A DNA stretch of 64,000 nucleotides from Candidatus Poribacteria bacterium (GCA_965222225.1 CBDCTK010000002.1:3392001-3456000); one strand, 5' to 3'; shown: positions 48,208 through 58,956, counted from the first letter of the stretch. The notes: generated by a model not told the origin, from the sequence alone. A program made the numbers and translations.

Positions 48208-50463
48208 ATGCCACGACTCACTGAACAAGAACAACAAGAAATTCTCCGTTTCATTGAGGCGGACAAACCTCTCCCCGAGAAGTATCGCTTTCTGCTATTC
48301 GAGGACAAACGCGAGGTGGAGTTAGTCTGGAATAGCAAGACCAACGAAGTCTGCAACATCGTCCTCCCCTTTCAGTCAATTGAACTCGTGGATGAACCTC
48401 GCGCCGAAAAACCTGACGACACCAGTCCGTGGCTAGAGTTGTTCGATGAGCGCGGACGCCAACTCAAGGGCTGGACGAACAAACTGATTTGGGGCGACAA
48501 CAAGTTGATTCTGTCCTCGCTTAAGAATGGTCCCCTGCGCGAGGAGATTGAAGCCGAGGGTGGACTCAAGTTAATCTATATCGATCCCCCTTTTGACGTG
48601 GGCGCGGACTTTTCCATGAACATTGAAATTGGCGAAGACACCTTTACGAAAAAACCGAACATCCTTGAAGAGATTGCCTACCGTGACACTTGGGGCAAGG
48701 GATCGGATTCATTCATTGCTATGATTTACGAGCGCGTGGTGCTAATGAGGGATTTGCTAGCAGAGGACGGAAGTATTTACGTGCATTGTGACTGGAGAAT
48801 GATCGGTTATTTGCGACTAGTTGTCGATGAAGTCTTCGGACATGACCATTTCCAAAACATAATCACTTGGCGTAGAGGCCCTCAAAAATCACATGGATTA
48901 GGTTATGGACACAACGCCGACTATATAATTTACGGAACGAAAACGGATCGATTTGTCTGGAATATACAAACCGGTGAGTTGTCAGGTGAATACTTAGAAT
49001 CCTTCAAAGAAGATGAGTATGGAAAGTATGTTACCACCCCCCTTCACAGTGGTCGTCCACCAAAAATTGTACCAGAATGGCGAGGAGTTAAACCACCCTC
49101 AGGAAGGGGCTGGGCATACACAATTGAGACACTTGAGCATTTTGATAAAGAAGGCAAAGTTGAGTGGAGCAAGAATGGTATTCCCCGGTTAAAGCGTTAC
49201 TTAAGCGAGATAAAAGGTGCGGCAGTTCAAGAAATATGGACAGATATTAAACCACTATTAGCAAAGTCCTCATCACACGTCGGATACCCCACGCAAAAAC
49301 CGGAAGCCCTGATCGAACGCATCATCAAAGCATCGTCAAACGAAGGCGATCTCATTGCCGACTTCTTCTGCGGCTCCGGCACCACTGCCGCCGTTGCCGA
49401 AAAACTCGGGCGAAAGTGGATTGCCACAGACCTCGGTAAGTTCGCTATCCACACCACGCGTAAACGAATGATCGGCGTCCAACGTCAACTGAAAACCGAT
49501 GGCAAAGACTACCGTGCCTTTGAGATTCTCAACCTCGGCAAATACGAGCGCCAACACTATATCGGCGTCAATCCAAACCTGCGCGAGGTCGAACAGCAAA
49601 GGCAATTGGAGGAAAGAGAAAAGGAATTTATCAGCCTCATTCTGCGCGCCTATTCCGCCGAGAAAACCGACGGTTTCGCCGCCTTCCAAGGCGTGCGAGC
49701 CGGGCGGCTGGTGGCGGTCGGTCCCGTCAACCTGCCGGTCACCCGCCTGTACGTGGAGGAAATCATCCTCGAATGCCGCAAACATCGAATCACCCGTGTG
49801 GATATCCTCGGCTTTGAGTTTGAGATGGGGCTGTTCCCCAACGTGCTGGATGAGGCGAAAAACAAAGGCATTGACATCGCGCCAAAATACATCCCCGCCG
49901 AGGTGTTCGACAAACGGGCAGTGGAGCGTAATCAAGTGGTGTTCCACGACGTGGCGTTTATCGAAGTCAAACCGCATATTCACGCTCCGAGCAAAGCAAG
50001 TGCACTGCCAACCGTAGCCGTCGAATTGACCAATTTTTCCGTCTTCTACTCACAAGACTCCATCGCCCACGCCGAGCAGTCGCTCAGAACGAGGGGCAGC
50101 CGCATCGCCGTCGAAAAAGGGCAGATTGTCAAGGTGAGTCGAGATGCCAACGGCGTCTACACCCGCGAGGTGTTGACCAAGCATTGGACTGACTGGATTG
50201 ATTACTGGTCCGTAGATTTTGACTTCGAGAGCAAACGTGAAATTATCCGCGTCCAAGAGCCTGAGACCGGAGAGTGGGAGGAGCAGTGGACAGGCGACTA
50301 CATCTTTGAAAACGAGTGGCAGAGCTTCCGCACAAAAAAAGACCGCTCATTGGAGTTGACCAGCGTCGCTCACGAGTGCATTCCCGGCCGCCGCAAACTC
50401 GCTGTCAAGGTGGTTGACATCTTCGGTAACGACACAATGACGGTTCTGGAGGTGTCGGTGTGA
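48208..50463 (+). CDS. mod: Type III DNA adenine methyltransferase (Mod)
   Basis: IYIDPPF, YPTQKPEALIERII, DFFCGSGTT. Confidence 0.9.
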   Translation: MPRLTEQEQQEILRFIEADKPLPEKYRFLLFEDKREVELVWNSKTNEVCNIVLPFQSIELVDEPRAEKPDDTSPWLELFDERGRQLKGWTNKLIWGDNKLILSSLKNGPLREEIEAEGGLKLIYIDPPFDVGADFSMNIEIGEDTFTKKPNILEEIAYRDTWGKGSDSFIAMIYERVVLMRDLLAEDGSIYVHCDWRMIGYLRLVVDEVFGHDHFQNIITWRRGPQKSHGLGYGHNADYIIYGTKTDRFVWNIQTGELSGEYLESFKEDEYGKYVTTPLHSGRPPKIVPEWRGVKPPSGRGWAYTIETLEHFDKEGKVEWSKNGIPRLKRYLSEIKGAAVQEIWTDIKPLLAKSSSHVGYPTQKPEALIERIIKASSNEGDLIADFFCGSGTTAAVAEKLGRKWIATDLGKFAIHTTRKRMIGVQRQLKTDGKDYRAFEILNLGKYERQHYIGVNPNLREVEQQRQLEEREKEFISLILRAYSAEKTDGFAAFQGVRAGRLVAVGPVNLPVTRLYVEEIILECRKHRITRVDILGFEFEMGLFPNVLDEAKNKGIDIAPKYIPAEVFDKRAVERNQVVFHDVAFIEVKPHIHAPSKASALPTVAVELTNFSVFYSQDSIAHAEQSLRTRGSRIAVEKGQIVKVSRDANGVYTREVLTKHWTDWIDYWSVDFDFESKREIIRVQEPETGEWEEQWTGDYIFENEWQSFRTKKDRSLELTSVAHECIPGRRKLAVKVVDIFGNDTMTVLEVSV

Positions 50464-52007
50464 GAATTAGAAACATATACTTGACAAATTTTAAGCGGTT
50501 TACTGACCTAACCATTGAAGACATTCCCGATACGGCTAAACTCGTTATTTTGGTTGGCCCTAGTGGCAGTGGAAAATCGTCCCTGTTTGACGCTATAAAT
50601 GCTTGGGGCAAGGATTACAACTCCAGCCGCTATGACCCTGAATATTATAGAAAAGATGGCCAACAAGCAACTTCCCGCCAGGGCTATCGGTTCAACAATC
50701 TCGGCGTAAGAATCGATGCCGTTGATTGTCCCTCAAACTTGGGAGAAGCTTGTTATGTTCGTACGGCATACCGGCATACGTCCAAATTTAGCGTCTCGCA
50801 GATGACAAAAATTGACGAAAGCGAATACTGGCGACTTGACACGGGGCGTAACTTATCCGAACCCGATCAGGAAGTAGAACGAAATTATCACAGGGTGTAT
50901 GCACAAATAATGAGAGAGGTTTTTCAACAAGAAAAGCGTACTAATTTCCAAATCAGGGAAAACGTTATTGGCCAAGTTCGCGATTCCTTGCAGTCAATTT
51001 TTTCTGACGTTCGGCTGCATTCTCTCGACGATTCTGAAGGACAAATCACATTTTATTTTGAGAAGGGAGAGGCAAAAAGATACAACTATGTCAATTTATC
51101 AGGCGGAGAGAAAGCGGCTTTCGATCTACTTCTAGACTTTATCGTCAGAAAGGAATCTTACTCCAATGCAGTAATGTGTATTGACGAACCAGAAGTGCAT
51201 ATGGGATTGGGTGCCCAGAGCAGGTTGTTAGAAATTCTCTATGAGTTAATTCCTGAAAAGTCACAACTTTGGTTGGGAACACATTCCATTGGGATTTTGC
51301 GGGCATCGAAACGAATCTTAGAAGCAAATCCCGGGAAAGTTGTTTTCTTGGATTTTTCTGGACATGATTTTGACCAAACAGTCAAGATAAAGCCAGTGAC
51401 ATATCCTGACCGCAATTTGTGGACAGGACTTCATCATAGTGTCCTTGAGGATCTCTCTGGCTTGCTGGCCCCCGAAACAATTATTCTCTGCGAATCTACA
51501 CCCGGCGCTGGTTTCGATGCCCGTTGCTACAACAAGATTTTCGCAAAGAATTACCCTGATGCCCTATTTGTCTCGGCCGGAGGTAAGCCTGAGTTAGATA
51601 GGGTTATTCCAATACTCCAGGAAGTTATTCAGAAAGCGGAGATTTTCGCTCTGCGCGATCGAGATGACTTACTTGATGAAAAGCGTAATGAACTTATCAA
51701 GAAAGGTATCAGGGTTTTAACTCGCCGCAGTATAGAAGATTACCTCATTGATGATGAGATCCTAGCAAAATTTGCCGATGACAATAGCTTAAATGAAGGC
51801 CAATTGCAAACATTAAAAGACACCAACGGGGATAATGCTAAGGCAAGGTCCGGACAGATATATCAAAAAGTTAGGCAGTACGCGGTGCCCGTTGGAGAAA
51901 CGAAAGAGGAATTTCTTTCCGACGTAATTGCCCCTCTGTTCAGCGAAGAGATGGCTGTTTACCGAGAACTGGAAAAAGACATTTTTGAAGAGGTAGACCA
52001 TGCTTGA
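50460..52007 (+). CDS. ABC ATPase with TOPRIM-like nuclease domain (OLD-like)
   Basis: GPSGSGKS, LSGGEK, IDEPE, GTHS; C-terminal ILCES, RDRD, SIEDYL. Confidence 0.75.
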   Translation: MRIRNIYLTNFKRFTDLTIEDIPDTAKLVILVGPSGSGKSSLFDAINAWGKDYNSSRYDPEYYRKDGQQATSRQGYRFNNLGVRIDAVDCPSNLGEACYVRTAYRHTSKFSVSQMTKIDESEYWRLDTGRNLSEPDQEVERNYHRVYAQIMREVFQQEKRTNFQIRENVIGQVRDSLQSIFSDVRLHSLDDSEGQITFYFEKGEAKRYNYVNLSGGEKAAFDLLLDFIVRKESYSNAVMCIDEPEVHMGLGAQSRLLEILYELIPEKSQLWLGTHSIGILRASKRILEANPGKVVFLDFSGHDFDQTVKIKPVTYPDRNLWTGLHHSVLEDLSGLLAPETIILCESTPGAGFDARCYNKIFAKNYPDALFVSAGGKPELDRVIPILQEVIQKAEIFALRDRDDLLDEKRNELIKKGIRVLTRRSIEDYLIDDEILAKFADDNSLNEGQLQTLKDTNGDNAKARSGQIYQKVRQYAVPVGETKEEFLSDVIAPLFSEEMAVYRELEKDIFEEVDHA

Positions 52008-52356
52008 AAATATTCGAATATCCATGTTTGAAGTTGTGGGCAGCCCTTTCTGTGTTGCTTCGAGTGATGGGCAGAAGATTTGTGACCATCTCACCACCGC
52101 CATCAAAGCGGACCGGGGTATCGCACTCTCATTTCGCAATGTTACGGCGTTGACAGCCGCTTTCCTGAATGCCGCGATTGGACAATTATACGGGATTTTC
52201 AGTGAGGAACAAATACGTTCCCGGTTGAAGGTGGAGGACGTGGGGGCGGATGATTTAGCTTTGTTGAAGCGCGCCGTTGACACCGCGAAGTTGTACTTCA
52301 AGGACCCGGAGAGATTCAATCGAGTAATCCAAGAGATAATGGAAGACGAGGAATGA
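52000..52356 (+). CDS. STAS-like DUF4325 protein
   Basis: CVASSDGQKI, LSFRNV..LTAAFLNAAIGQLY. Confidence 0.8.
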   Translation: MLENIRISMFEVVGSPFCVASSDGQKICDHLTTAIKADRGIALSFRNVTALTAAFLNAAIGQLYGIFSEEQIRSRLKVEDVGADDLALLKRAVDTAKLYFKDPERFNRVIQEIMEDEE

Positions 52357-52415
52357 GAGTGTGGCGGCAACCTTAGAGATGATACGATGGTGGTTTTGGG
52401 GGTGAAAGCATAAGC

Positions 52416-53804
52416 ATGAAAATAACGTTGAAAAACCTTGGAATTCTGAAACATGCCGAGTTTTCTCTTGGAGATTTGACCATTATCTGCGGTGAAAACA
52501 ACACTGGCAAAACCTATGCTACCTATGCACTGTATGGTTTCTTAGCAGATTGGCGCAAGTTTGTCAATTTTCCGTTGAGTTCAAGGTTAGTTGCAAGCCT
52601 ACTTACGGATGGTGTTCTCACAGTCGCGTTGAAACCATTTGTCGATATGGCGGAACGCATGCTTGTTATAGCATGTAGAAGATATACTACTCGATTAGAC
52701 GATGTTTTTTCGGCAGCTGAGGGACAGTTTAGCAATAGTGAATTTCACCTCCGATTATGCACCTCCAATATACTTGATAAGGAATTGAAAGGCGAGATCG
52801 AAATTACCCAAGAGAGAAATTTTGCCTATTCAAAGAGAAGAGGTAGTGACGAATTAACAGTTACTTTGATGATGGGAAAAGAACAAGAGAAACCAATCAA
52901 TTCAAGTTTGGCGGGCTTTGTAGCCAACGCTATCATCAGCAACGCTATTTTTGCTGATTCTTTTCCTACCCCCTTTATCTCCTCCGCCGAGCGCACCGGT
53001 GTGGCTATTTTTCGGAAGGAACTCAATTTTGCTCGGAACCGTGTCCTTGAAGAAATGGGTCGGACAGACCAAAAGATTGATCCTAGGGAAATCCTATTCA
53101 AAGCGCATCAAAGTTACCCTCAACCAATAGAAGACAATGTGGATTTTATACGCCAACTTGAAGATATTACAAAAAGAGAAAGTTTCATTGCTAAGGAACA
53201 TCCGGAAGTATTGAAAGAGTTTGCAGACATAATCGGTGGCGATTATCAGATATCACAAAATGACCAACTTCATTATACTCCTAAAGGGACCGGGCTCAAA
53301 TTGGCGATGGACCAAAGTTCAAGTGCCGTGCGTTCACTCTTGGACATTGGCTTTTATCTGGGCCACGTGGCTCGGAAGGGCGACCTACTCATGGTAGACG
53401 AACCGGAGTTAAATCTTCATCCAGCCAACCAACGTCGTGTCGCTAGGCTTTTTGCGCGTTTGGTAAATTTAGGCGTTAAGGTCTTCATCACGACCCACAG
53501 CGATTACATAATCAAAGAGTTGAACACGCTCATCATGCTCAATCACGATAAGCCACACCTGAAAAGAATTGCCCAAGAAAACGGTTATCGGGAATCGGAA
53601 CTGATTTCTTCCGACCAAGTTAAGGTCTATATGGCTCGCGAAGAACTAATGCCGCTAGAGGAAAGACAGAAAAGACGGAGAAGGGGGCACACACTAGTGG
53701 AAGCGGATATTGATCCGGTGCTTGGCATTGAAGCCCCAAGTTTTGACAAGACCATAGATGAGATGACCGCTATTCTAGAGGACATTGTGTGGGGCGCGGA
53801 GTAG
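52416..53804 (+). CDS. ABC/AAA ATPase, putative defence protein
   Basis: GENNTGKT, SSSAVRSL, VDEPELNLHP, TTHSD. Confidence 0.8.
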   Translation: MKITLKNLGILKHAEFSLGDLTIICGENNTGKTYATYALYGFLADWRKFVNFPLSSRLVASLLTDGVLTVALKPFVDMAERMLVIACRRYTTRLDDVFSAAEGQFSNSEFHLRLCTSNILDKELKGEIEITQERNFAYSKRRGSDELTVTLMMGKEQEKPINSSLAGFVANAIISNAIFADSFPTPFISSAERTGVAIFRKELNFARNRVLEEMGRTDQKIDPREILFKAHQSYPQPIEDNVDFIRQLEDITKRESFIAKEHPEVLKEFADIIGGDYQISQNDQLHYTPKGTGLKLAMDQSSSAVRSLLDIGFYLGHVARKGDLLMVDEPELNLHPANQRRVARLFARLVNLGVKVFITTHSDYIIKELNTLIMLNHDKPHLKRIAQENGYRESELISSDQVKVYMAREELMPLEERQKRRRRGHTLVEADIDPVLGIEAPSFDKTIDEMTAILEDIVWGAE

Positions 53805-53809
53805 AGAGT

Positions 53810-54391
53810 GTGAATGATATTGAGATATTACAAGACATGCTTTCCTCTGCGGTCAGAGTTCCATTACAACAAGAGGGACAAAATAAGCCTTCCGTCCAAC
53901 TAATCGACGACCAAGCCGCGACAGCAGTAGAAATAAAAGGATTGCCTTATGACTCAATCGTTATCAGAGCGGAGGATTTTGAAAACCCCCTTACCATCTT
54001 TAACGGTTCAAAAGGCGAACGCAAGCGGGCGGATTTCGTGATTGTATCAAATGAGGAGCAAGGAAAATGGATTATCTGCATTGAAACTCAGGCGGGGAAC
54101 GACAAAAGTGAGGGGCATATTATAGCTCAATTAAAAGGAGCACAATGCTTTATCGGTTACTGCAAATGTATAGGCATCTCGTTCTGGGAATCTGTAGAAT
54201 TTCTTGATGGTTACCAGTACCGATTTGTAAGCATGGCAAACATAAACAGCAACAAGGTAACCAAGAAAACGCGTCCCTACTCTCCTCACATACAATCCAA
54301 AGGTGAGTTGCACGACACGCCTGACGATTTTCTGAAATTCTTGCAGAGTCCGAGCCTCTATTTTCGTAAGTTACTTCATGAAGTGTCTTGA
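53810..54391 (+). CDS. Hypothetical protein, probable PD-(D/E)xK-like nuclease partnered with the ATPase
   Basis: KRADFVIVS..IICIETQ..AQLKG. Confidence 0.55.
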   Translation: MNDIEILQDMLSSAVRVPLQQEGQNKPSVQLIDDQAATAVEIKGLPYDSIVIRAEDFENPLTIFNGSKGERKRADFVIVSNEEQGKWIICIETQAGNDKSEGHIIAQLKGAQCFIGYCKCIGISFWESVEFLDGYQYRFVSMANINSNKVTKKTRPYSPHIQSKGELHDTPDDFLKFLQSPSLYFRKLLHEVS

Positions 54392-54538
54392 CCGCATTCT
54401 CTTGAAGGGATGGCTGATTGTTAACCTTCCAGTCTTCCTCTCTTCCAATCTTCCGACCGACCAAACAAACAGGTTGTTTGGAAGATAAACCTCAAAACCA
54501 ACACCTGCTTTACACCCATAGGAGGCGCACAAACACGA

Positions 54539-56443
54539 TTGCAATCCAATAGTCAGGGACGATTTATCCGTCCAGTCATCCTCGGAATCATCCTGATACC
54601 GATCAACCTCTATTGGGTTATGCAAGCGGAGACCATCTATCGCCCCGTTTTTTCGACGCTCTTTACGCTCTTTTACAATGTTACGTTCAGTCTCTTTGTC
54701 TTGGTGATACTCAATGCCCTGCTAAAGAGATGTATCCCCAGCATCGCCTTCCACCCAAGTGAACTGCTGATTGTTTACGTGATGCTTTCCATCGCTACGG
54801 CAATTTTTGGGCACGATCTGATGCTGGTGATGATACAAAATCTCTCGGCTTTCTGGTTTGCGACGCCTGAGAATCAGTGGGCAGTCCTTTTCGGGAAGCA
54901 TCTGCCGCACTGGTTGAGCATGGTCGATGAACAAGCGCTCATCGGCTACCAGCACGGAGAATCCACACTCTATAACGAAATAAATCTCAAAGCTTGGCTA
55001 ATACCCGGGGCGTTTTGGGGCGGGTTCCTGATAATATTGCTCCTCGTACTGATCTGCATCAACACCATCGTTAGAAAACAGTGGACAGAAAATGAGAAGT
55101 TAGCTTATCCAATCATCCAACTACCGCTCGAGTTGGCGCGCGGCGGCACCGGACTGCTAGGCAATCGCGGGTTGTGGCTCGGTTTTGCACTCGCCGGCGG
55201 AATGGACATAATAAACGGGGTCCACGGAATCTTTCCGTCATTCCCAGCCCTGAAGCCGACCTACGATGTCACGCCGCTGTTTACCACCAAACCGTGGAAT
55301 GCCATTGGCTGGACACCGGTAGCCGTCTATCCCTTTGTGGTGGGGTTGGGTTACTTTTTGCCGTTAAATCTTTCGTTTTCCGCGTGGTTTTTCCACGTCT
55401 TCTGGAAGTCGGAGCTTATTTTTCGGAATGCGGTAGGAATTTGGAGCGTTCCGGGACCCTACAGGAGCTTTGAGACCGCTGGCGCTTGGATAGTCATCGC
55501 TTTCGTTGCGTTGTGGGGCAGTCGGAAATACCTAAAACAGGTTGCGGCTTGGACAATTCGCGGTCAACCGCCGGAAATCACGGCCGATGAGCCGATGACC
55601 TACCGAACCGCGATTGGGGGAATGCTGGTAGGGGGAGCCATTTTGGTGCTTGCCCTGAGTTACGCCGGAATGACTCCTTGGATAGCGATTCTTTTTCTGT
55701 TAATCTACATTGTCTATGCCGTAGCCATTGCCCGGATTCGAGCAGAGATTGGACCGCCCGCCCATGATGCGGAATGGATAGGGCCCGAAATGATGCTCCT
55801 CAACAGTTTAGGCGCACGAACAGTAGGGCAACGAAACATCGCGCTGTTCAGCCGCACCTACTGGATGAGCCGCGCGTACCGTTCTCACCCCGTCGGTCAC
55901 CAACTGGAAGGCTTCAAAATCGCACAATCCGTTGGGGCGTCGAGTCGTGGCTTTCTGGGAGCAATGGTGATTGCCATCGTCGTCGGCACCATCGCCGGAT
56001 TTTGGGTGTTTCTGGATAGCATGTATCGGCATGGCGCGTTGAATGTCTATCACAATATTTCCAATGAGTCGTTCCGCCGTCTCGAAGTTTGGTTAGAAAA
56101 CCCGCTGGAAGGAAACAATCAAATGCTCATGGATGTCGGGCTAGGTGCGGGCATAACGATTGTGTTGACGCTGCTTCACCAGCGCTTCGTCGGCTTCCCA
56201 TTCCACCCTGTCGGTTATGCCGTCGCCTGTGGATGGGTATTTAGCGTCGCCTGGGCTTCACTTTTTTGTGCATGGCTGATTAAATGGTGCATCCTGCGAA
56301 TCGGTGGAATTCGACTCTATCGGAAGGCAGTCCCCTTTTTTGTGGGCCTCATATTGGGACAGCATGTGATCGGCGGGTTATGGACGATTTTCGGCGAAAT
56401 TCGGGGCGCTCATGTGCATCAGTTCTTTCCCTACGCTTTCTAA
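54539..56443 (+). CDS. DUF6785/DUF6784-type membrane protein, paralog 3
   Basis: Very similar to 29509-31404 (GPPAHDAEWIGPE, YRSHPVGHQLEGFK). Confidence 0.75.
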   Translation: MQSNSQGRFIRPVILGIILIPINLYWVMQAETIYRPVFSTLFTLFYNVTFSLFVLVILNALLKRCIPSIAFHPSELLIVYVMLSIATAIFGHDLMLVMIQNLSAFWFATPENQWAVLFGKHLPHWLSMVDEQALIGYQHGESTLYNEINLKAWLIPGAFWGGFLIILLLVLICINTIVRKQWTENEKLAYPIIQLPLELARGGTGLLGNRGLWLGFALAGGMDIINGVHGIFPSFPALKPTYDVTPLFTTKPWNAIGWTPVAVYPFVVGLGYFLPLNLSFSAWFFHVFWKSELIFRNAVGIWSVPGPYRSFETAGAWIVIAFVALWGSRKYLKQVAAWTIRGQPPEITADEPMTYRTAIGGMLVGGAILVLALSYAGMTPWIAILFLLIYIVYAVAIARIRAEIGPPAHDAEWIGPEMMLLNSLGARTVGQRNIALFSRTYWMSRAYRSHPVGHQLEGFKIAQSVGASSRGFLGAMVIAIVVGTIAGFWVFLDSMYRHGALNVYHNISNESFRRLEVWLENPLEGNNQMLMDVGLGAGITIVLTLLHQRFVGFPFHPVGYAVACGWVFSVAWASLFCAWLIKWCILRIGGIRLYRKAVPFFVGLILGQHVIGGLWTIFGEIRGAHVHQFFPYAF

Positions 56444-56461
56444 ATTGTACTACTTAAATCC

Positions 56462-56647
56462 GTAGGGTGCGCACTACGCACCAGCCTTTGTAAGTGTAAG
56501 CGGCAATCGAGCGAAAGAATAATGAGCGATCAACTGAGTGGTTAACGAACGCGATAGGAGATCTTGGTAGAGTTCCAACAGAGATCGCAAGGCGATGAAA
56601 TCCCATAGCTTCTAGGTTGGGTTGAACGTAGTGAAACCCAACTCCAA
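56462..56647 (+). repeat. REP, degenerate nested GA-hairpin cluster (56506-56608), and a second REP
   Basis: GTAGGGTGCGCACTACGCACC; units at 56506 and 56529; TAGGTTGGGTTGAACGTAGTGAAACCCAAC. Confidence 0.85.
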
Positions 56648-56748
56648 GCGTGAATCTAGTTCGCTTGGCAAACACCCATGCATACCTTCGGCTAAAATTT
56701 TCATGCCTCCCATTGATAGGGCGGCTAATTCGTGGGAGTTATAACTTG

Positions 56749-58281
56749 ATGGACTACACAACCGACATAGAAAAGACCGAGAAACTAATTGACTCAACCT
56801 TGGCGTTGACGCAGAAATTCCAGAACGATCCACATCGACCGGTCTACCATTTTATGCCGCCGTCAGCGTGGATGAACGACATCAACGGCACAATCTACTG
56901 GGATGGGCGATATCACCTCTTCTACCAGTACAACCCGCAAGCCGCCTACTGGGATCAGATTCATTGGGGGCACGCGTCGAGCACGGATCTCGTCCACTGG
57001 GTGCACCATCCCGTTGCGCTGGCGCCGGGCCCCGACCGCCCTGACCGCATCGGTTGTTTCAGCGGCGGCGCATTCATCAGCAAAGAGGGTGTTCCAACCT
57101 TCATCTACTACGGCTTCCCCGACGGAATCTGTCTGGCGACGAGTCAAGATGACCTGCTTCTCAACTGGACAAAGCATCCCGACAACCCCGTTATCCCGGC
57201 GCCCCAACCGGGCGATCCCGATTTTGGGAAATATAGTGTCCATGATCCGTGCGCTTGGCTTGAAGGCGACACCTATTATGCGCTGCTCAACCGCCACAAC
57301 CCGGAGGGAAAGGGTGATTCGGGATACCTGTTCAAATCAGGAAATCTGACGGAATGGGAATATCTCGGCGAGTTTTACGAATCCTCTAGGGGCTGGACGG
57401 AGGCTGACGAAGACCTTGCCGTGCCCGATTTCTTCCCCTTGGGTGACAAACACATGCTGCTCTTCTGTAGCCATCTTCGTGCCACGCAATATTACCTCGG
57501 TCGTCTGGAAAACGAGCGATTCTACCCCGAATGTCATGCACGAATGAGCTGGCCCGGTGGACATCTCGGCGGTGCAAGGACGCTTCTGGACAATCAGAAT
57601 CGACGTATCTTCTTCGATTGGATTGGCGAGATGGGCGGTGTGGAGCGAGCGCGTGCTGCGGGTTGGTGCGGGGTTATGACGCTGCCGCGGGTGCTCTCTC
57701 TGAACGAAAACAGTACGTTGCGGATTGAGCCGGTGCCCGAGCTGAGCGTGCTCCGCATGAATGAGCGTAGCCATCAAAATCTGCACGTGCAATCCGATTC
57801 AGAGTTAGTCGTCGAAGATATGGCGGGGGACTGTCTGGAATTGGCAATCGACATCTCCTCTGCGGACGCGCGGGAATTCGGTGTGAAAGTGCGTTGCTCT
57901 CCCGATGGCGTGGAGCAGACTACCATCTTCTACGACAGGGCGTCCAAAACGCTGAAGGTAGGTGTCAGGCAGTCAACCTTGGACGATTCCATCCGATACA
58001 TTTACTACCGCACCTCGGAAGCGACGGAGCGGCTGCCCGAGGCGGAACGATTTGTAGCCGCCCAAGCGGCGCCGTTTGAGCTTGCTGCTGGCGAATCGCT
58101 CGAACTTCGGATTTTCCTCGATCGTTCGGTATTGGAAGTGTTTGCCAATCATCGCGAGTGCATCACACAGCGAATCTACCCGACCCGACCCGATAGCACG
58201 GGTGTGCGTCTGTTCTCCAAAGGCGGGAGCGCCCACGTCAGATCCATTCGGGCTTGGGATATGGCACCAACCCACCACTGA
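56749..58281 (+). CDS. Glycoside hydrolase family 32-like protein
   Basis: HFMPPSAWMNDING, YHLFYQYNP, WGHASSTDLVHW, CFSG, DRSVLEVF. Confidence 0.85.
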   Translation: MDYTTDIEKTEKLIDSTLALTQKFQNDPHRPVYHFMPPSAWMNDINGTIYWDGRYHLFYQYNPQAAYWDQIHWGHASSTDLVHWVHHPVALAPGPDRPDRIGCFSGGAFISKEGVPTFIYYGFPDGICLATSQDDLLLNWTKHPDNPVIPAPQPGDPDFGKYSVHDPCAWLEGDTYYALLNRHNPEGKGDSGYLFKSGNLTEWEYLGEFYESSRGWTEADEDLAVPDFFPLGDKHMLLFCSHLRATQYYLGRLENERFYPECHARMSWPGGHLGGARTLLDNQNRRIFFDWIGEMGGVERARAAGWCGVMTLPRVLSLNENSTLRIEPVPELSVLRMNERSHQNLHVQSDSELVVEDMAGDCLELAIDISSADAREFGVKVRCSPDGVEQTTIFYDRASKTLKVGVRQSTLDDSIRYIYYRTSEATERLPEAERFVAAQAAPFELAAGESLELRIFLDRSVLEVFANHRECITQRIYPTRPDSTGVRLFSKGGSAHVRSIRAWDMAPTHH

Positions 58282-58348
58282 CGCATACATCAACCATTAT
58301 GTTCACCGGTAATACCATTTCGCTGCACACCAAACTCGGTTGACGGGG

Positions 58349-58420
58349 ATCAAGGGAGTGAATAACGACCGATCAACTAACTGGACAAGGAAGGCGATAG
58401 TAAATCCCGATAGAGATCCC
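58349..58420 (+). repeat. Nested GA-hairpin elements
   Basis: Units at 58349 and 58372, 3' remainder at 58409-58420; flanks CGGGG / CCCCG. Confidence 0.9.
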
Positions 58421-58539
58421 CTTGCCCCGCGTTGGAAAGACTCGATTGACGCTATTAATGCACTGTAAATATGGGGAAATCGTATAAATTTCCGTAACAC
58501 AATAGCACGGCAAATCCGCCTCATGAAGGAGAATGACTT

Positions 58540-58956
58540 GTGTTAACCGGATTATGGACAATTGGCATTAAGGTGCCCTCTCTTGAACGGGAATTGGCGT
58601 TCCATCGGCAGATGGGCAACGAAATTGTCCTTGATGAGATTTTGGAACTTGACGGTGAGTCCTTTCGCCTACCCCTGATCGAGATGGGAGACAAATACAT
58701 CCATGTGGCGGAGAAGATGGCATACGAATCTTTCTTGGATGAACCTCTCCCCTACGGCATGACGCACCTGGTTTACATCAGCAATCGCTTTGATGAAGAT
58801 GTCGCCAAAGCCATTGAAAGCGGTGCCGTCGCCTTGAGGGAACCTGCTGAAGTAAAGGCGGAGTTCGGCGAGAGAAGAGTAGCGTTTCTGCGCGCCCCAA
58901 GTGGTTGGATCTTCGAGATCATCGAAATCAAGCGGAATCTAGTTCCCGAGGTCTAA
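58540..58956 (+). CDS. VOC/glyoxalase family protein
   Basis: IGIKVPSLE, THLVY, RVAFLRAPSGWIFEIIE. Confidence 0.8.
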   Translation: MLTGLWTIGIKVPSLERELAFHRQMGNEIVLDEILELDGESFRLPLIEMGDKYIHVAEKMAYESFLDEPLPYGMTHLVYISNRFDEDVAKAIESGAVALREPAEVKAEFGERRVAFLRAPSGWIFEIIEIKRNLVPEV

